From an uncultured Planctomycetota bacterium (lineage in GTDB: Bacteria; Planctomycetota; Planctomycetia; Pirellulales; Lacipirellulaceae), in the NCBI GenBank assembly GCA_963719315.1, contig CAVRBU010000002.1, positions 1,216,001 through 1,280,000 on the forward strand: 64,000 nt of DNA, written 5' to 3'. The translations under genes and the position numbers were made by a program. Shown one piece after another: positions 41,708 to 50,896 of the stretch. A model generated the notes under the pieces. That model was not told the origin of the DNA and ran no database searches. It saw only the letters and a list, made by a program, of their open reading frames with translations. How positions within the stretch are numbered: the first letter of the stretch is position 1; every line of letters starts with the position of its first letter.

Positions 41708-42094
41708 TTAGGACTTCTCCTGCCAACTGGCGTCGTCACTCATCGCCAATCCACAGCCAGGGCAACATTTCCATGTCAGCCAATCATCATTCGGGTCGCT
41801 CCCTTGCCAGTCATGCTCACACTGTGGGCATTTGATGTCTGGCCTGGAGTATATCATGCGAGTGAGCCTGCCACCGATAAAGAAAACGGCTGACCCCAAT
41901 CCAAGGACGCCGCCCAACATTATCTCGTCGCGATTCATGGGCTTTTGCATAAACCATGTTCCAAGCCCGACGACAGTGCCAGCGATAAATGAAAACGAGA
42001 TTGCCCAAGCCATTCGGCTACGCCATCTGAAATGTGCCTCTTTAAGGCACACGACCGCGGCGAGGAGCACTGGGTCAATTCTTGGTGTGCTCAT
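41708..42094 (-). CDS. Two-TM membrane protein with C-terminal zinc ribbon
   Basis: Two hydrophobic helices, then CPQC...CPGC. Confidence 0.65.
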   Translation of the reverse strand: MSTPRIDPVLLAAVVCLKEAHFRWRSRMAWAISFSFIAGTVVGLGTWFMQKPMNRDEIMLGGVLGLGSAVFFIGGRLTRMIYSRPDIKCPQCEHDWQGSDPNDDWLTWKCCPGCGLAMSDDASWQEKS

Positions 42095-42262
42095 ATGACC
42101 CCAACTCGTATTGTTACAGCTTGTCTTGTACGACTCTTCGACACATTCGAGACCGGCTAGGGCATCTCATTGAGGGTCCTATACGGGGAAGTACGAAAGC
42201 CAATGGTAGTACTCATCCTACCACTCGCTCACTTAGGAACGCGGGGAAAATAACTTCGGTAT

Positions 42263-42690
42263 CTACTGGGATTCGAATCGGTAGTTGAATTGCGGCAGGG
42301 TTCTGTTTCGGATGACGGTTTCTTGATGGAGGTATGCGGGCGAAGGTTTGATGCCGGAAGGATAGAGTTTACGAGCCAACTCAGTAACGACGCGCAAGCC
42401 TGGGCGAGTGGTGGTTCGCTCGATCGCTTCACGAACGAGTTCGACGCTCCGCAGCAGCAGTGACTGAAGCGAGCGGCTGATGTGGCAAAATAGGCGATGG
42501 TCGATGGGGTTATATTTGGAGCAGTACGGCGGAAGATGGCAGACGCGTATCACTTTGCCGAGTTGACTCGCCAAGATCTGAAGTTGTTCTCGAAACAGGC
42601 CAACTCGATAGCCGTTGCTGCCGCCGCAATCGGCCAACAGCAGCAGCGGCGCATCGGCCGGGTAATGCCACTTGCCCAGGCTACATCGCA
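42263..42690 (-). pseudogene. ISAzo13-family transposase, C-terminal fragment
   Basis: 'LLLLADCGGSNGYR', 'VCHLPPYCSKYNPIDHRLFCHIS', 'TTTRPGLRV', 'Y..GIK', 'FNY'. Confidence 0.85.
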
Positions 42691-43272
42691 TTGAACACTC
42701 GTGGCGAGCTTCACCGGAACTTTATTCGCGCGGGCGTCTCACTTCTTTTCGACAGGGGTACGAGCGGATCGAGGCCTCTTGAGCCGGGGGGCACGACTCT
42801 GGAACTAATCCACTCGGAAGAATGCCGTTTTCGCCACGTTAAACTGACGCCCGGGAAATACTTGGTGTACCTCACATGGGACGAGGCGTACACCGACTGG
42901 CAGTGGATCGAGGTAGCTGAGGGAAAGGCAAATCATATGATTCAGTTGCGATTGGATCCCAGTCAGGCGGGCCAGCTCGTGGTTCAAGTGGCCGAGTCGG
43001 AACCAGTTTTCCTTGTCCCGCTCGACGAGCGTGGCGAAGTGCCAGTTGCGGGCGATTCGCTACTGCTCATGAGTTTTGCCCACGCCTTGGGACTGAGTGT
43101 TGAGCCGGAGAACGGGATCGCACAGTTCGCCAGTGTTCGGCCAGGCACGTACCGAATGCTTGCCGGAGGCCGGGGCCAGGACGTGACGATTCACTCGCAG
43201 CAAGTAACCCGGGTGGAGCTCGGCAAAGGGAGCGGAACGAAACTCAGACGATTGCCGGCTGTACTGCGATGA
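42691..43272 (+). pseudogene. Fragment of a protein with carboxypeptidase-regulatory/prealbumin-like beta domains
   Basis: 'F.HVKLTPGKYLV' and 'GIAQFASVRPGTYRM' motifs. The 5' end abuts the ISAzo13 remnant. Confidence 0.45.
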
Positions 43273-43289
43273 GCCGTCTCAAAGCGTTT

Positions 43290-43499
43290 GGCCAAATGGG
43301 CGTGGACCTTGTTGCCGACGGAAATGGCAACGACGAAGTCGACCCCGGCGACTACGACGTGTGGAAGTCCCAATTCGGCCAATCCGCCGGAAGTGGTTCG
43401 GGCGCCGTGTCGGATGCGGCCGTCCCCGAACCGGCAACTCTGGTGCTGCTGATCCTGGCGGCGGCTGGCCGGTGTCTCCGGCGACGCCGGGCCACATAG
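43290..43499 (+). pseudogene. Orphan dockerin-like plus PEP-CTERM tail
   Basis: 'ADGNGNDEVDPGDYDVWKSQFG..AAVPEPATLVLLILAAAGRCLRRRRAT*', very similar to the tail of 24482-27448. Confidence 0.8.
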
Positions 43500-43660
43500 C
43501 GTGTGCTGAGAAGTTGTTAGCGTGTGGGACTGCCAACAAACCACCGTCAAGAAACGGCCTGCGGCCCGCACCTGTGTGTTACGGCGATCGTGGCGAAGGC
43601 CCTCCGTCGCGCGTCCCAAAACTTGTCGAGCGGCAAGTGGGCGATAAGGGTTTCGTCGGC
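43500..43660 (+). repeat. Island repeat family copy after the orphan PEP-CTERM tail
   Basis: GCGTGTGGGACTGCCAACAAACCACCGTCAAGAAACGG..GTCCCAAAACTTGTCGAGCGG. Confidence 0.75.
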
Positions 43661-43795
43661 GCGTGTCGTTGCCACTACGCCCGGTGTGTGCGTCAGCAGA
43701 ATTCGTGTGATCGTTGCAAAAAGTTCAATATGCGTCCCAGATCGTGGCGGCAATATAGCGATCCCCTAGTGGTTCATCGTGAAAGTAGTAGACGG

Positions 43796-44937
43796 TCACG
43801 ACCTTGCCATCGGTTCGTTGCGCTGCTGCGGATAGCCGATGTCGCGTCCGCCGCCATTGCCACGGATAGAGCGCGCAGGCCCCCACGTGTGCCCGCCGTC
43901 GGAACTTAGTCTGGTACGCATTTCAAACGGCTCGGCTCGATAGCCGTAGGTCAAGCAGATACGCCCATCTTTCAGGCGAATCAAACTGGGCGGATTTCCT
44001 TCGCCCGTGTCATCGACGGCTGTTTGATCGTGCTTCCAAACCTTGCCGAGATCTAACGAACGATAGGTATCAATCCAACTTCGGTCGCCATCTCGGCAGC
44101 GAATGGCCGACAGCAGTTCGTTTGGGCCCAGTCGAATCGTCGAGGGCATGATGGCGTAGCCCGCGGCTCCTCAGCGATCCAGGAAGCAAACTGCCAGGTT
44201 TTGCCGCCGTCGGTGGTCCGCACGCTCAAGGGGCGCCCTTCGTGGCCATCGCGTTTGGCGGCGGTCAAAAACAAAAGGCAATCATGCTTGCCATTCACCA
44301 CATAGTCGGTGCGCACCGCAATCCCGGGCTGTCCGAATAACGGCAGGCGAAATGGGCCGCGCCAGGTGTGGCCGCGATCCGTGGAATAAGAAAATCGCGA
44401 GGGGCCGGCATCGGAATCCGTCATGCGAATCGTCATGGCGAAATTTGGGTCCGTGAAGTCGATGCCGCCGGGACAATCCTGCCAAGGACGTTCCTCGAGC
44501 CCTGGCGGCGTAATGCCGTGGAGCGCTGTGCCCACGGGAATCAGCGCGCCGTGCTTCGCCGGGTTCTCGATCGTCCACGTCTCGCCCCCGTCTAGGCTGC
44601 GAGCGAGCAGGTGCTCTTCGGGCCGGTCATGATCGATGGCGTGCCGACCGGGACCGTTGTCCTTGGAATATCCGGCGCTAAAACCTACCAGGATTTCGTT
44701 GCCCCATGACCAGATTCCGTGATTTGCAGGCCAGCCGCCGAAACGGCCCGGCTCGGCATAGACTTTTACATGTGTTGCCGCGTTGTGAGCTGACGGTTCC
44801 ACCCCAAACACATCCTGCGTGGTAAGTATGCATACGGTCAATGAGATAACATTCAGCAACACTCGTACGGGGAGCGATTCTCGATTGATTGAATCGCGAA
44901 ACATCCCATCCAGAACGTGGTCGCGGCTGCTCAACAT
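43796..44937 (-). CDS. BNR/Asp-box repeat (sialidase-like) protein, frameshift near 44160, C-terminus possibly truncated
   Basis: Asp boxes SLDGGETW, STDRGHTW, TTDGGKTW, SLDLGKVW, SSDGGHTW; 'GWPANHGIWSWGNEILVGF'; 'DIGYP'. Confidence 0.8.
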
Positions 44938-44998
44938 TCGCTCAAAGGTAACCTATTCTCGGCCCTGCGGATTGGCCCTCGCTGAGTTTTGTCACGAA

Positions 44999-45055
44999 TT
45001 GTCAACAACTCATACCTACCCTGAGACATGCCGCAAAAGGGCCGATTTTCGGAAG
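44999..45055 (+). repeat. Island repeat family, degenerate proximal module
   Basis: GTCAACAACTCATAC..TGAGACATGCCGCAAAAGGGCCGATTTTCGGAAG. Confidence 0.5.
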
Positions 45056-45300
45056 GAAACGGCATCCACCCCGAACCTTGCACGCCGGTCGCCCCCGCCG
45101 TTCGACCCCTCGTTCTGTGCGGACATGAATGCAGAGCGCATTCCCTAGATTCTGTCGTCGGCCTGATCGAGAGACTGGTCTCAATACTTCATTGAGCGAT
45201 TTGGCCGTCTGTGGCCATATCCCAAGAAGTTCGTTCGACAAACGAATACACTAATATCAACGTGATATCATGCCGATTCCACTCCCCATAGGAGCTTGCC

Positions 45301-46187
45301 ATGACCAAAGAGAAAGTCATCCACGTCACGAGCGGTTGGAACATGCTGGGCCTTAACTTGGGGCTGATACTTGGCGGCGCCATGCTTTCGATCGTTAGCC
45401 TGATTGCCGCCGGCTATACGGATGGCGCCGGGCGCTGGGACTGCTTATTAGCATTCCGCTCTCGATTGCCGGCGTGATCATGCTCTTCGGCCACTTCACC
45501 TTACAGCCCAACGAAGCCCGCGTGCTCACGCTATTTGGAACCTACGTTGGCACGGTGCGCGACAGCGGGTTCTTTTGGACTAACCCGTTCATGACCAAGG
45601 CCAAGCTTTCGCTCCGCACGCGAAACTTGGAGAGCCAGCGCCTGAAAGTAAATGACAAGCGTGGCAACCCGATCGAGATCGCCGCCGTGCTAGTGTGGAA
45701 CATTGCGGATACGGCACAAGCCTCTTTCGACGTGGACAATTACCTGGATTACGTGAAGATCCAGAGCGAGACAGCGGTACGGCACTTGGCCAACGAATAC
45801 GCCTACGATCATGGTGAAGAAGGCGAAACCACGTTGCGCAGCGGCCTCGACGAGGTCTCCAGCACGTTGCAAAAAGAACTCCAGGCGCGACTGACCAAGG
45901 CCGGCGTGATGGTGGAAGAGGCGCGGCTGACGCACCTGGCCTACGCGCCCGAGATCGCCGGCGCGATGCTGCGTAGGCAACAAGCCGAAGCGGTGATCGC
46001 GGCGCGGCAGAAAATTGTGCACGGGGCGGTAAGCATGGTAGAGATGGCCCTACACGATCTGGCTGAGAAACAAGTCGTCGAGCTGGATAACGATCGTAAG
46101 GTGGCGATGGTGAGCAATCTGTTGGTCGTGCTCTGCGGCGAGGCCGAAGCGCATCCGGTCATTAATGCCGGAACGCTCTACACTTGA
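45301..46187 (+). CDS. SPFH (band 7) domain membrane protein (frameshift near 45430)
   Basis: AGGAG RBS, two N-terminal TMs, '[15 protein letters not shown]', '[16 protein letters not shown]', '[17 protein letters not shown]', '[10 protein letters not shown]'. Confidence 0.9.
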
Positions 46188-46227
46188 CACTCGGTCCACT
46201 TCGGAAGCGAAAGGCGGGCCACGCGTC

Positions 46228-46440
46228 ATGAAAGAGCGCAAACCATTTTTGTTGCGGTTGGATCCGGCGCTCTACGAGTCATTGGAGCGTTGGGCGCAAC
46301 AGGAGTTGCGCAGCGTGAACGGGCAGATCGAGTTTCTATTGCGACAAGCAGTGAGCCAACACGAGCGCGGCAAGAAGACGTCAATCGAAAAGCAGAGCCC
46401 GGGGCCTGAGATGGGTCAATTGCCAGCAGAAAACCGGTGA
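46228..46440 (+). CDS. Arc-family ribbon-helix-helix DNA-binding protein
   Basis: '[35 protein letters not shown]'; usual partner downstream of this SPFH subfamily. Confidence 0.85.
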   Translation: MKERKPFLLRLDPALYESLERWAQQELRSVNGQIEFLLRQAVSQHERGKKTSIEKQSPGPEMGQLPAENR

Positions 46441-46484
46441 GAGTTCGGGAAGAACGGTGCCAATACTTGGCAGTATCGCTTTAG

Positions 46485-46610
46485 CCAAATCGTTGGTGGA
46501 AACCGCCCCTTTTGCGCAACCCGTTGACGATCTGTACTTTCCGGCGATCGCGACTGATGCCTTAGCCGGACGTTTCAAAACTCATTGATGCGATAGCTTT
46601 TTGGCGCCGC
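46485..46610 (+). repeat. Island repeat family, partial copy
   Basis: GTTTCAAAACTCATTGATGCGATAGCTTTTTGGC matches module 2 (TCTAAACCCGTCGATGCGG.AGCT). Confidence 0.55.
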
Positions 46611-46791
46611 TTTGACGTTCCGTAAACTCGACTCCGTGCGCGGCCTGACACTCGACGGCCATTCTGGCTGATAAAACGCCCGGCAAACCAACCGTTTTGG
46701 CACAGTGCCGATGCGTGGTCGGTGTCATCCGGTTAGGTTTGCTTCGAACGGAAAGCTCGGTTTTGGAAACTTCGCACATCTCGCATACGCT

Positions 46792-47577
46792 ATGACAACT
46801 CCGAAGGCGTTAAATAAACGGGGGAAGCCTGCATGGCGACGGTGGGTTCGGCGGGGCTTCCTGATATGGGCTTCGATCTCCACATTGTGGCTCGCCAACT
46901 CATACCGAACTCGCGGACTCGCCAAAGACGTTTTGCAAAGCAGTCCAACTGTCTCCGTGGTGGATGGAGAGACAATGTTGCAATTCGTACCCACGTCGTC
47001 GGATTCAAAGCCCGGGCTAATCTTTATATGTGGTTCTGGGGTCTCTGCCCACGCATATGCTCCCATGCTTCGCCCCATAGCTGAAGCCGGACATGCCGTA
47101 TTTGTTGTCAAGTTGCCTTTTCGTTTTGCGCCGCTTGAATCACAAAAGCAAACGGCCGTCGACCGCGCGATTGGCGTACTTGGCTCTCACCCCGAGATAT
47201 CTCAATGGGTGATATCGGGGCACTCGCTTGGCGGCGCGCTGGCATGCCGGGCGGCGCAGTCTGATCCAAAGGCCTTTTCTGCATTGGTGCTCGTTGGCAC
47301 AACACATCCGAAGCAGGATGATTTGTCATCACTATCATTACCAATCACGAAGGTGTACGCGTCGAACGACGGCGTTGCGCCAATCGAGAAGGTTCTTTCC
47401 AACAAGAGACTGCTTCCGAAAGGTACGCAGTGGGTGGAGATCGCAGGAGGAAACCACTCCCAATTTGGTCATTACGGGCACCAGCTATTTGATGGGAAGG
47501 CAACCATCAGCCGTGAAATACAACAGACAGCCACGCGCTCGGCACTTCTTGACGCGCTGACTAAAGCCTCGCGATGA
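46792..47577 (+). CDS. Alpha/beta hydrolase with N-terminal membrane anchor
   Basis: 'SGHSLGG', 'ASNDGVA', 'IAGGNHSQFGHYG' catalytic-triad motifs. Confidence 0.9.
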   Translation: MTTPKALNKRGKPAWRRWVRRGFLIWASISTLWLANSYRTRGLAKDVLQSSPTVSVVDGETMLQFVPTSSDSKPGLIFICGSGVSAHAYAPMLRPIAEAGHAVFVVKLPFRFAPLESQKQTAVDRAIGVLGSHPEISQWVISGHSLGGALACRAAQSDPKAFSALVLVGTTHPKQDDLSSLSLPITKVYASNDGVAPIEKVLSNKRLLPKGTQWVEIAGGNHSQFGHYGHQLFDGKATISREIQQTATRSALLDALTKASR

Positions 47578-47684
47578 GGATGTCTAACGTGGCGCCGCAG
47601 TTTCCGGAGCTAGCGAGATTGCTGCTAATGAGTCGGCTCGCGGTTGTCGCCGGCAACCCCGTTCCGACGAATGGAGAATCCCAG

Positions 47685-47733
47685 CAACTCACCAACGCCT
47701 GACACAGGTCAAAAACGGACCGATTTAGACACG
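47685..47733 (+). repeat. Island repeat family, proximal module
   Basis: CAACTCACCAACGCCTGACAC..AAAAACGGACCGATTTAGACACG. Confidence 0.7.
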
Positions 47734-47909
47734 CCCCTGATATGTGGTTTCTAGTTGGGACCCGTCTCAACCATGGTCGTCGATCGAAACTGTGGGTCGC
47801 AGACCAAGCGTCGACCCGCTAACATGGCGAGTGATCATCGTCAGCGGAATTCCGATCCCGGTGTAAAAGTGCGAGTCCAATTGATCCGAATACCTAATGG
47901 AGTAGACTC

Positions 47910-48191
47910 TTGACGACCCGTGAAAGCGTACATGTCGAGCTATCGGCTCGAGATAGAACACTTATTCTGAAATACGGATACCCCTTTGATCGGATCGAGG
48001 CCGCAGTCCGTGCCAAAGAGAATAGTTCCAGCTTAGAGCTGGTTTCACTAGACAGATTCGAACTGCGGAACCTCATCGGCGATCTTACAACATCCATCAA
48101 GCAGATGGAGAATGACGGCCGCCAAGTTGAATTAGATGACCTGATTGATCGCCTTGAGTTCTCGGCGTCGGGTCGAATCTCAATGTTTTAG
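47910..48191 (+). CDS. Small hypothetical protein
   Basis: GGAG RBS and TTG start; helical acidic C-terminus. Confidence 0.5.
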   Translation: MTTRESVHVELSARDRTLILKYGYPFDRIEAAVRAKENSSSLELVSLDRFELRNLIGDLTTSIKQMENDGRQVELDDLIDRLEFSASGRISMF

Positions 48192-48484
48192 AGTTCACCC
48201 GTATTTGCGGTGGCGGGAGAGCGCGCTGCGTTCCATCAAACCACCGTTTGTGACACGGTTGGGTCGGTTCATAACGAGCGGCAGCCTTGACGGCGCTGTG
48301 ACACCCAGCCAGTCCAACCGTTGCCTTGACTGACTTCCCACGCGTCCCGTCGGGTGGTTGCTAGGACGGATACCGCAAAGGTGGGGCGACCGCGAGCTTC
48401 AGCATGGTACCGACTGCCGCGAAAGGTAAGATTGATTGCCCCCATGAGTGGGCTGATCCACTTCAAGTACCGCCAAAGTTAAGA

Positions 48485-48582
48485 TTCGTTTTTCAGATCG
48501 CGCCTGCCAAGATAACTCAGGTAGCTCCGGCCGAGAAAGGGCGGGGCTGTGGTTAGGATTTCCAATAGCATGGGGCCCCTGA
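48485..48582 (-). repeat. Imperfect direct repeat, copy 1 (partner 49843-49942)
   Basis: Shared GGGGCCCCA.G..AT.GGAAATCC.AACCACA..CC...GCGAT.T.GAAAA on the minus strand. Confidence 0.65.
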
Positions 48583-48770
48583 CAACAATTTAGTCGCACT
48601 CCGCGCCGCAACGCCGGTTCATTCAAGGATTTCAGGCAGCAGAGTTGTTTCCAGTTATTGTCAGACACAAACGGTTGCCCCATTGAGCGAAGTTCGCTCA
48701 CAACTGAAAGCGTGTGAGTGGCCGAATTGGCATGGCATCAATACACGGTAGCTTCAGGCTCTGCCTCTCA

Positions 48771-49073
48771 CTACTGAATCAATGCGTGCTCATTAGCGGT
48801 TACAAACGGGCACGGCCCGGTCGCCGGCAACGCACTCGTCTTGTCCGCTGTCAACCGACTCAACTCCTTCATCGCCCGATAGGCATCAGCGACTGAGGTT
48901 ACCGCTTCCACCCACGCTTGATTCATCGGGTCTGTCGACACTTTGCCGCGATCCTTATACATCTGTGGCATCAAGTGCCAGAGATCATCGCCAAAATCTG
49001 TAATCCGCTTTTCAAGCGTTGCGACCTTTCGGGCCATAGTCCGCTGTCGACCAGGCATACAGTTGCCTTTCAC
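48771..49073 (-). CDS. Hypothetical protein
   Basis: About 100-aa ORF with plausible composition; no motif. Confidence 0.35.
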   Translation of the reverse strand: MKGNCMPGRQRTMARKVATLEKRITDFGDDLWHLMPQMYKDRGKVSTDPMNQAWVEAVTSVADAYRAMKELSRLTADKTSALPATGPCPFVTANEHALIQ

Positions 49074-49250
49074 ATTGCATGATCGTTAGAGGATCCGGAG
49101 GCGACGCGGCGAGAGGATTGCCATGCTGAGAATCCATTCTGTCTGAGATAAGTTCAGCACATCCAGTGCCGTGTGTATTTGTATCGTTGACAATTCGCGA
49201 GTTTTAGACAAGTGGTTGTGCACGTCGGCCGCGATCATCGAGAACGGCTG

Positions 49251-49763
49251 TCACCCGGCGGCTGTCGCTTCCTCCTCCGCGAACTGCTCGTCAAACTGAT
49301 CCAAATTCCTGAAGACCTTCAAGCTGCCCTGATTCCGCTTGCTCTCAAACTCCAATTGCCGCTTGTCGGGAATCGTTTTCACCATCCACGACTTCAAAAA
49401 CTCCTGATAAGCAGCCGGACTCTCCTGCACCGCTCGCAAATGCCACAACGCACCAGGGCTTGGCACTTCCTCCGGCTTGATGAGTTCGGGCGGGATGCCG
49501 ACGTAGTGGTACACCCATTCGGCTGTTTCGAGGATGGGACAGCGCTTCGTGCGGTCGATCGCGTGGGCAAGGCGGGCCCAGACTTCATCGCGTTTGGCGA
49601 GTACGGCAGCTTTCTCGACAGTGCTGCTGCCGGAAGCCCGAGTGTACATCATCCAGCTCGTATCTTCGGGTTCGATTGGTGGCGAAGCGTCGCCTAGCTG
49701 ATCGGCGACTGACAATCCTGACTGCGGCGCAGTTGCGCTCGCGATCAATTCTGGCGTTTTCAT
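49251..49763 (-). CDS. Hypothetical protein, possibly phage-related
   Basis: AAGGAGG RBS before MKTPEL; 'VPSPGALWHL...FLKSW.VK'; acidic tail. Confidence 0.65.
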   Translation of the reverse strand: MKTPELIASATAPQSGLSVADQLGDASPPIEPEDTSWMMYTRASGSSTVEKAAVLAKRDEVWARLAHAIDRTKRCPILETAEWVYHYVGIPPELIKPEEVPSPGALWHLRAVQESPAAYQEFLKSWMVKTIPDKRQLEFESKRNQGSLKVFRNLDQFDEQFAEEEATAAG

Positions 49764-49842
49764 ACAGACCTCCTTGGCCGTGGATCTAGGAATGGAGTGC
49801 AAGGGCGACCCGGGGTGGGGCGCCCCCAATTCAAGAGAAAAA

Positions 49843-49942
49843 TTAGTTTTCGATATCGCGTTCCCTCGGATAGATCGAGTCGATGGGACCGGAAAGGTGC
49901 CGGGGTGTGGTTCGGATTTCCGATGCCGTGGGGCCCCCCGGC
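49843..49942 (-). repeat. Imperfect direct repeat, copy 2
   Basis: See 48485-48582. Confidence 0.65.
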
Positions 49943-50539
49943 ACGTGCCTTCGTCGCTCGCTCAAAATTTTCTGTGGACGTATGTAGAAAGCTCGCGCCG
50001 ATCCAGTTTGCTCGCGCCGATCCAGAATCCTCGCTCGTATGCAGTGCCCTCGCTCCAATGCAGTATCGCCAAGTTACCTCGCGATTGGTTTTGGGCGTCG
50101 TCGTCATACGCTGGAGGGTCGTGGTCAGGCAATTGGGCAGTTCATGGGCAGGTAAAATCGCAGCAACTGCCCACCGTAAGTTGTTGCTGTGATTAGGGGT
50201 TAAGTGCTCGTGGTCAGGTTGGGCAGGTAATCCTTACATGAGAGAGACATAAATAAAACAAACTACAGCACTCCATTGCACAACGCCTCGCAAGTGACGC
50301 GCGTTGCGATCGACATCGTGCGACGCCGGGCAGGCTTTGCAATCGCGGGAAGGTTACGGGGCGGGCTTGGGGAGGGTGGAATAGTCGCAACCCGCCCCAA
50401 CTTATGTTGTTGTGAGCAAACACTCTTGAGTGCTTCGGGGCAAGTTGGGCGGGTTTTGTGAACATGATCGGGCCGCAATAAGTCCAGAGAGCAACGGGTG
50501 GTGGATGCGGTCCATCATCGGGGCCGTAGATGGAAGGCG

Positions 50540-50746
50540 TCACGCTCGCATGATGGCCTCCAGGATTGAGGTTCGAACCGCAACCGACAGCGACGGCCAA
50601 GCTTCAACCACCCTACGGAGATTGGGGTCATTTGCGACGAAATCGGAAAAAACTGCACCGGTTTGTGCAGCGCTCGATCCGGAAGTTTGCGAATTCATCG
50701 AGGAATCCGCAGAATGTTCGCTTCCCTCATCGCCCACTTCCCCCAT
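50540..50746 (-). CDS. Small ORF of the 'DP.L..VV.AWP.L...R..IL' type found at planctomycete integrative-element ends
   Basis: 'DPNLRRVVEAWPSLSVAVRTSILEAI'; overlaps the tRNA-like scar. Confidence 0.5.
   Translation of the reverse strand: MGEVGDEGSEHSADSSMNSQTSGSSAAQTGAVFSDFVANDPNLRRVVEAWPSLSVAVRTSILEAIMRA
50716..50737 (+). other. Degenerate tRNA 3'-end duplication (att-like island boundary)
   Basis: GTTCGCTTCCCTCATCGCCCAC resembles a T-loop plus acceptor 3' strand (GTTCGA.TCCC..ATCGCCCAC, tRNA-Val-like). It lies where gene content switches from accessory to core. Confidence 0.55.
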
Positions 50747-50896
50747 GCCCGCTTGCGATCCCTTTCGCTTGCTCAGACTTGCATTGTTGGTCGCTGGCGC
50801 TTGAACTCAATCAACGCTCGCTGCCGAACTGCCGATTCCTGTCCAAGTCGAGTCCAATCGCGATGTCCGGCCCATTCTATCTTGTAAACCGTGCAT

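Noticed and set aside
3178..47733. Dispersed repeat as a CRISPR array or integron attC array
   Set aside because: No regular repeat-spacer periodicity and no cas genes. No RYYYAAC...GTTRRRY attC ends and no integron integrase. Copies occur in both orientations.
48330..48460. Hairpin cluster as a c-di-GMP riboswitch
   Set aside because: Lacks the GGCAAACC..GAAA..GG.CGCAAAG consensus arrangement and a clear downstream gene.
50716..50737. Intact tRNA gene
   Set aside because: Only a degenerate 3' portion is present; no D-arm or anticodon arm can be folded upstream.
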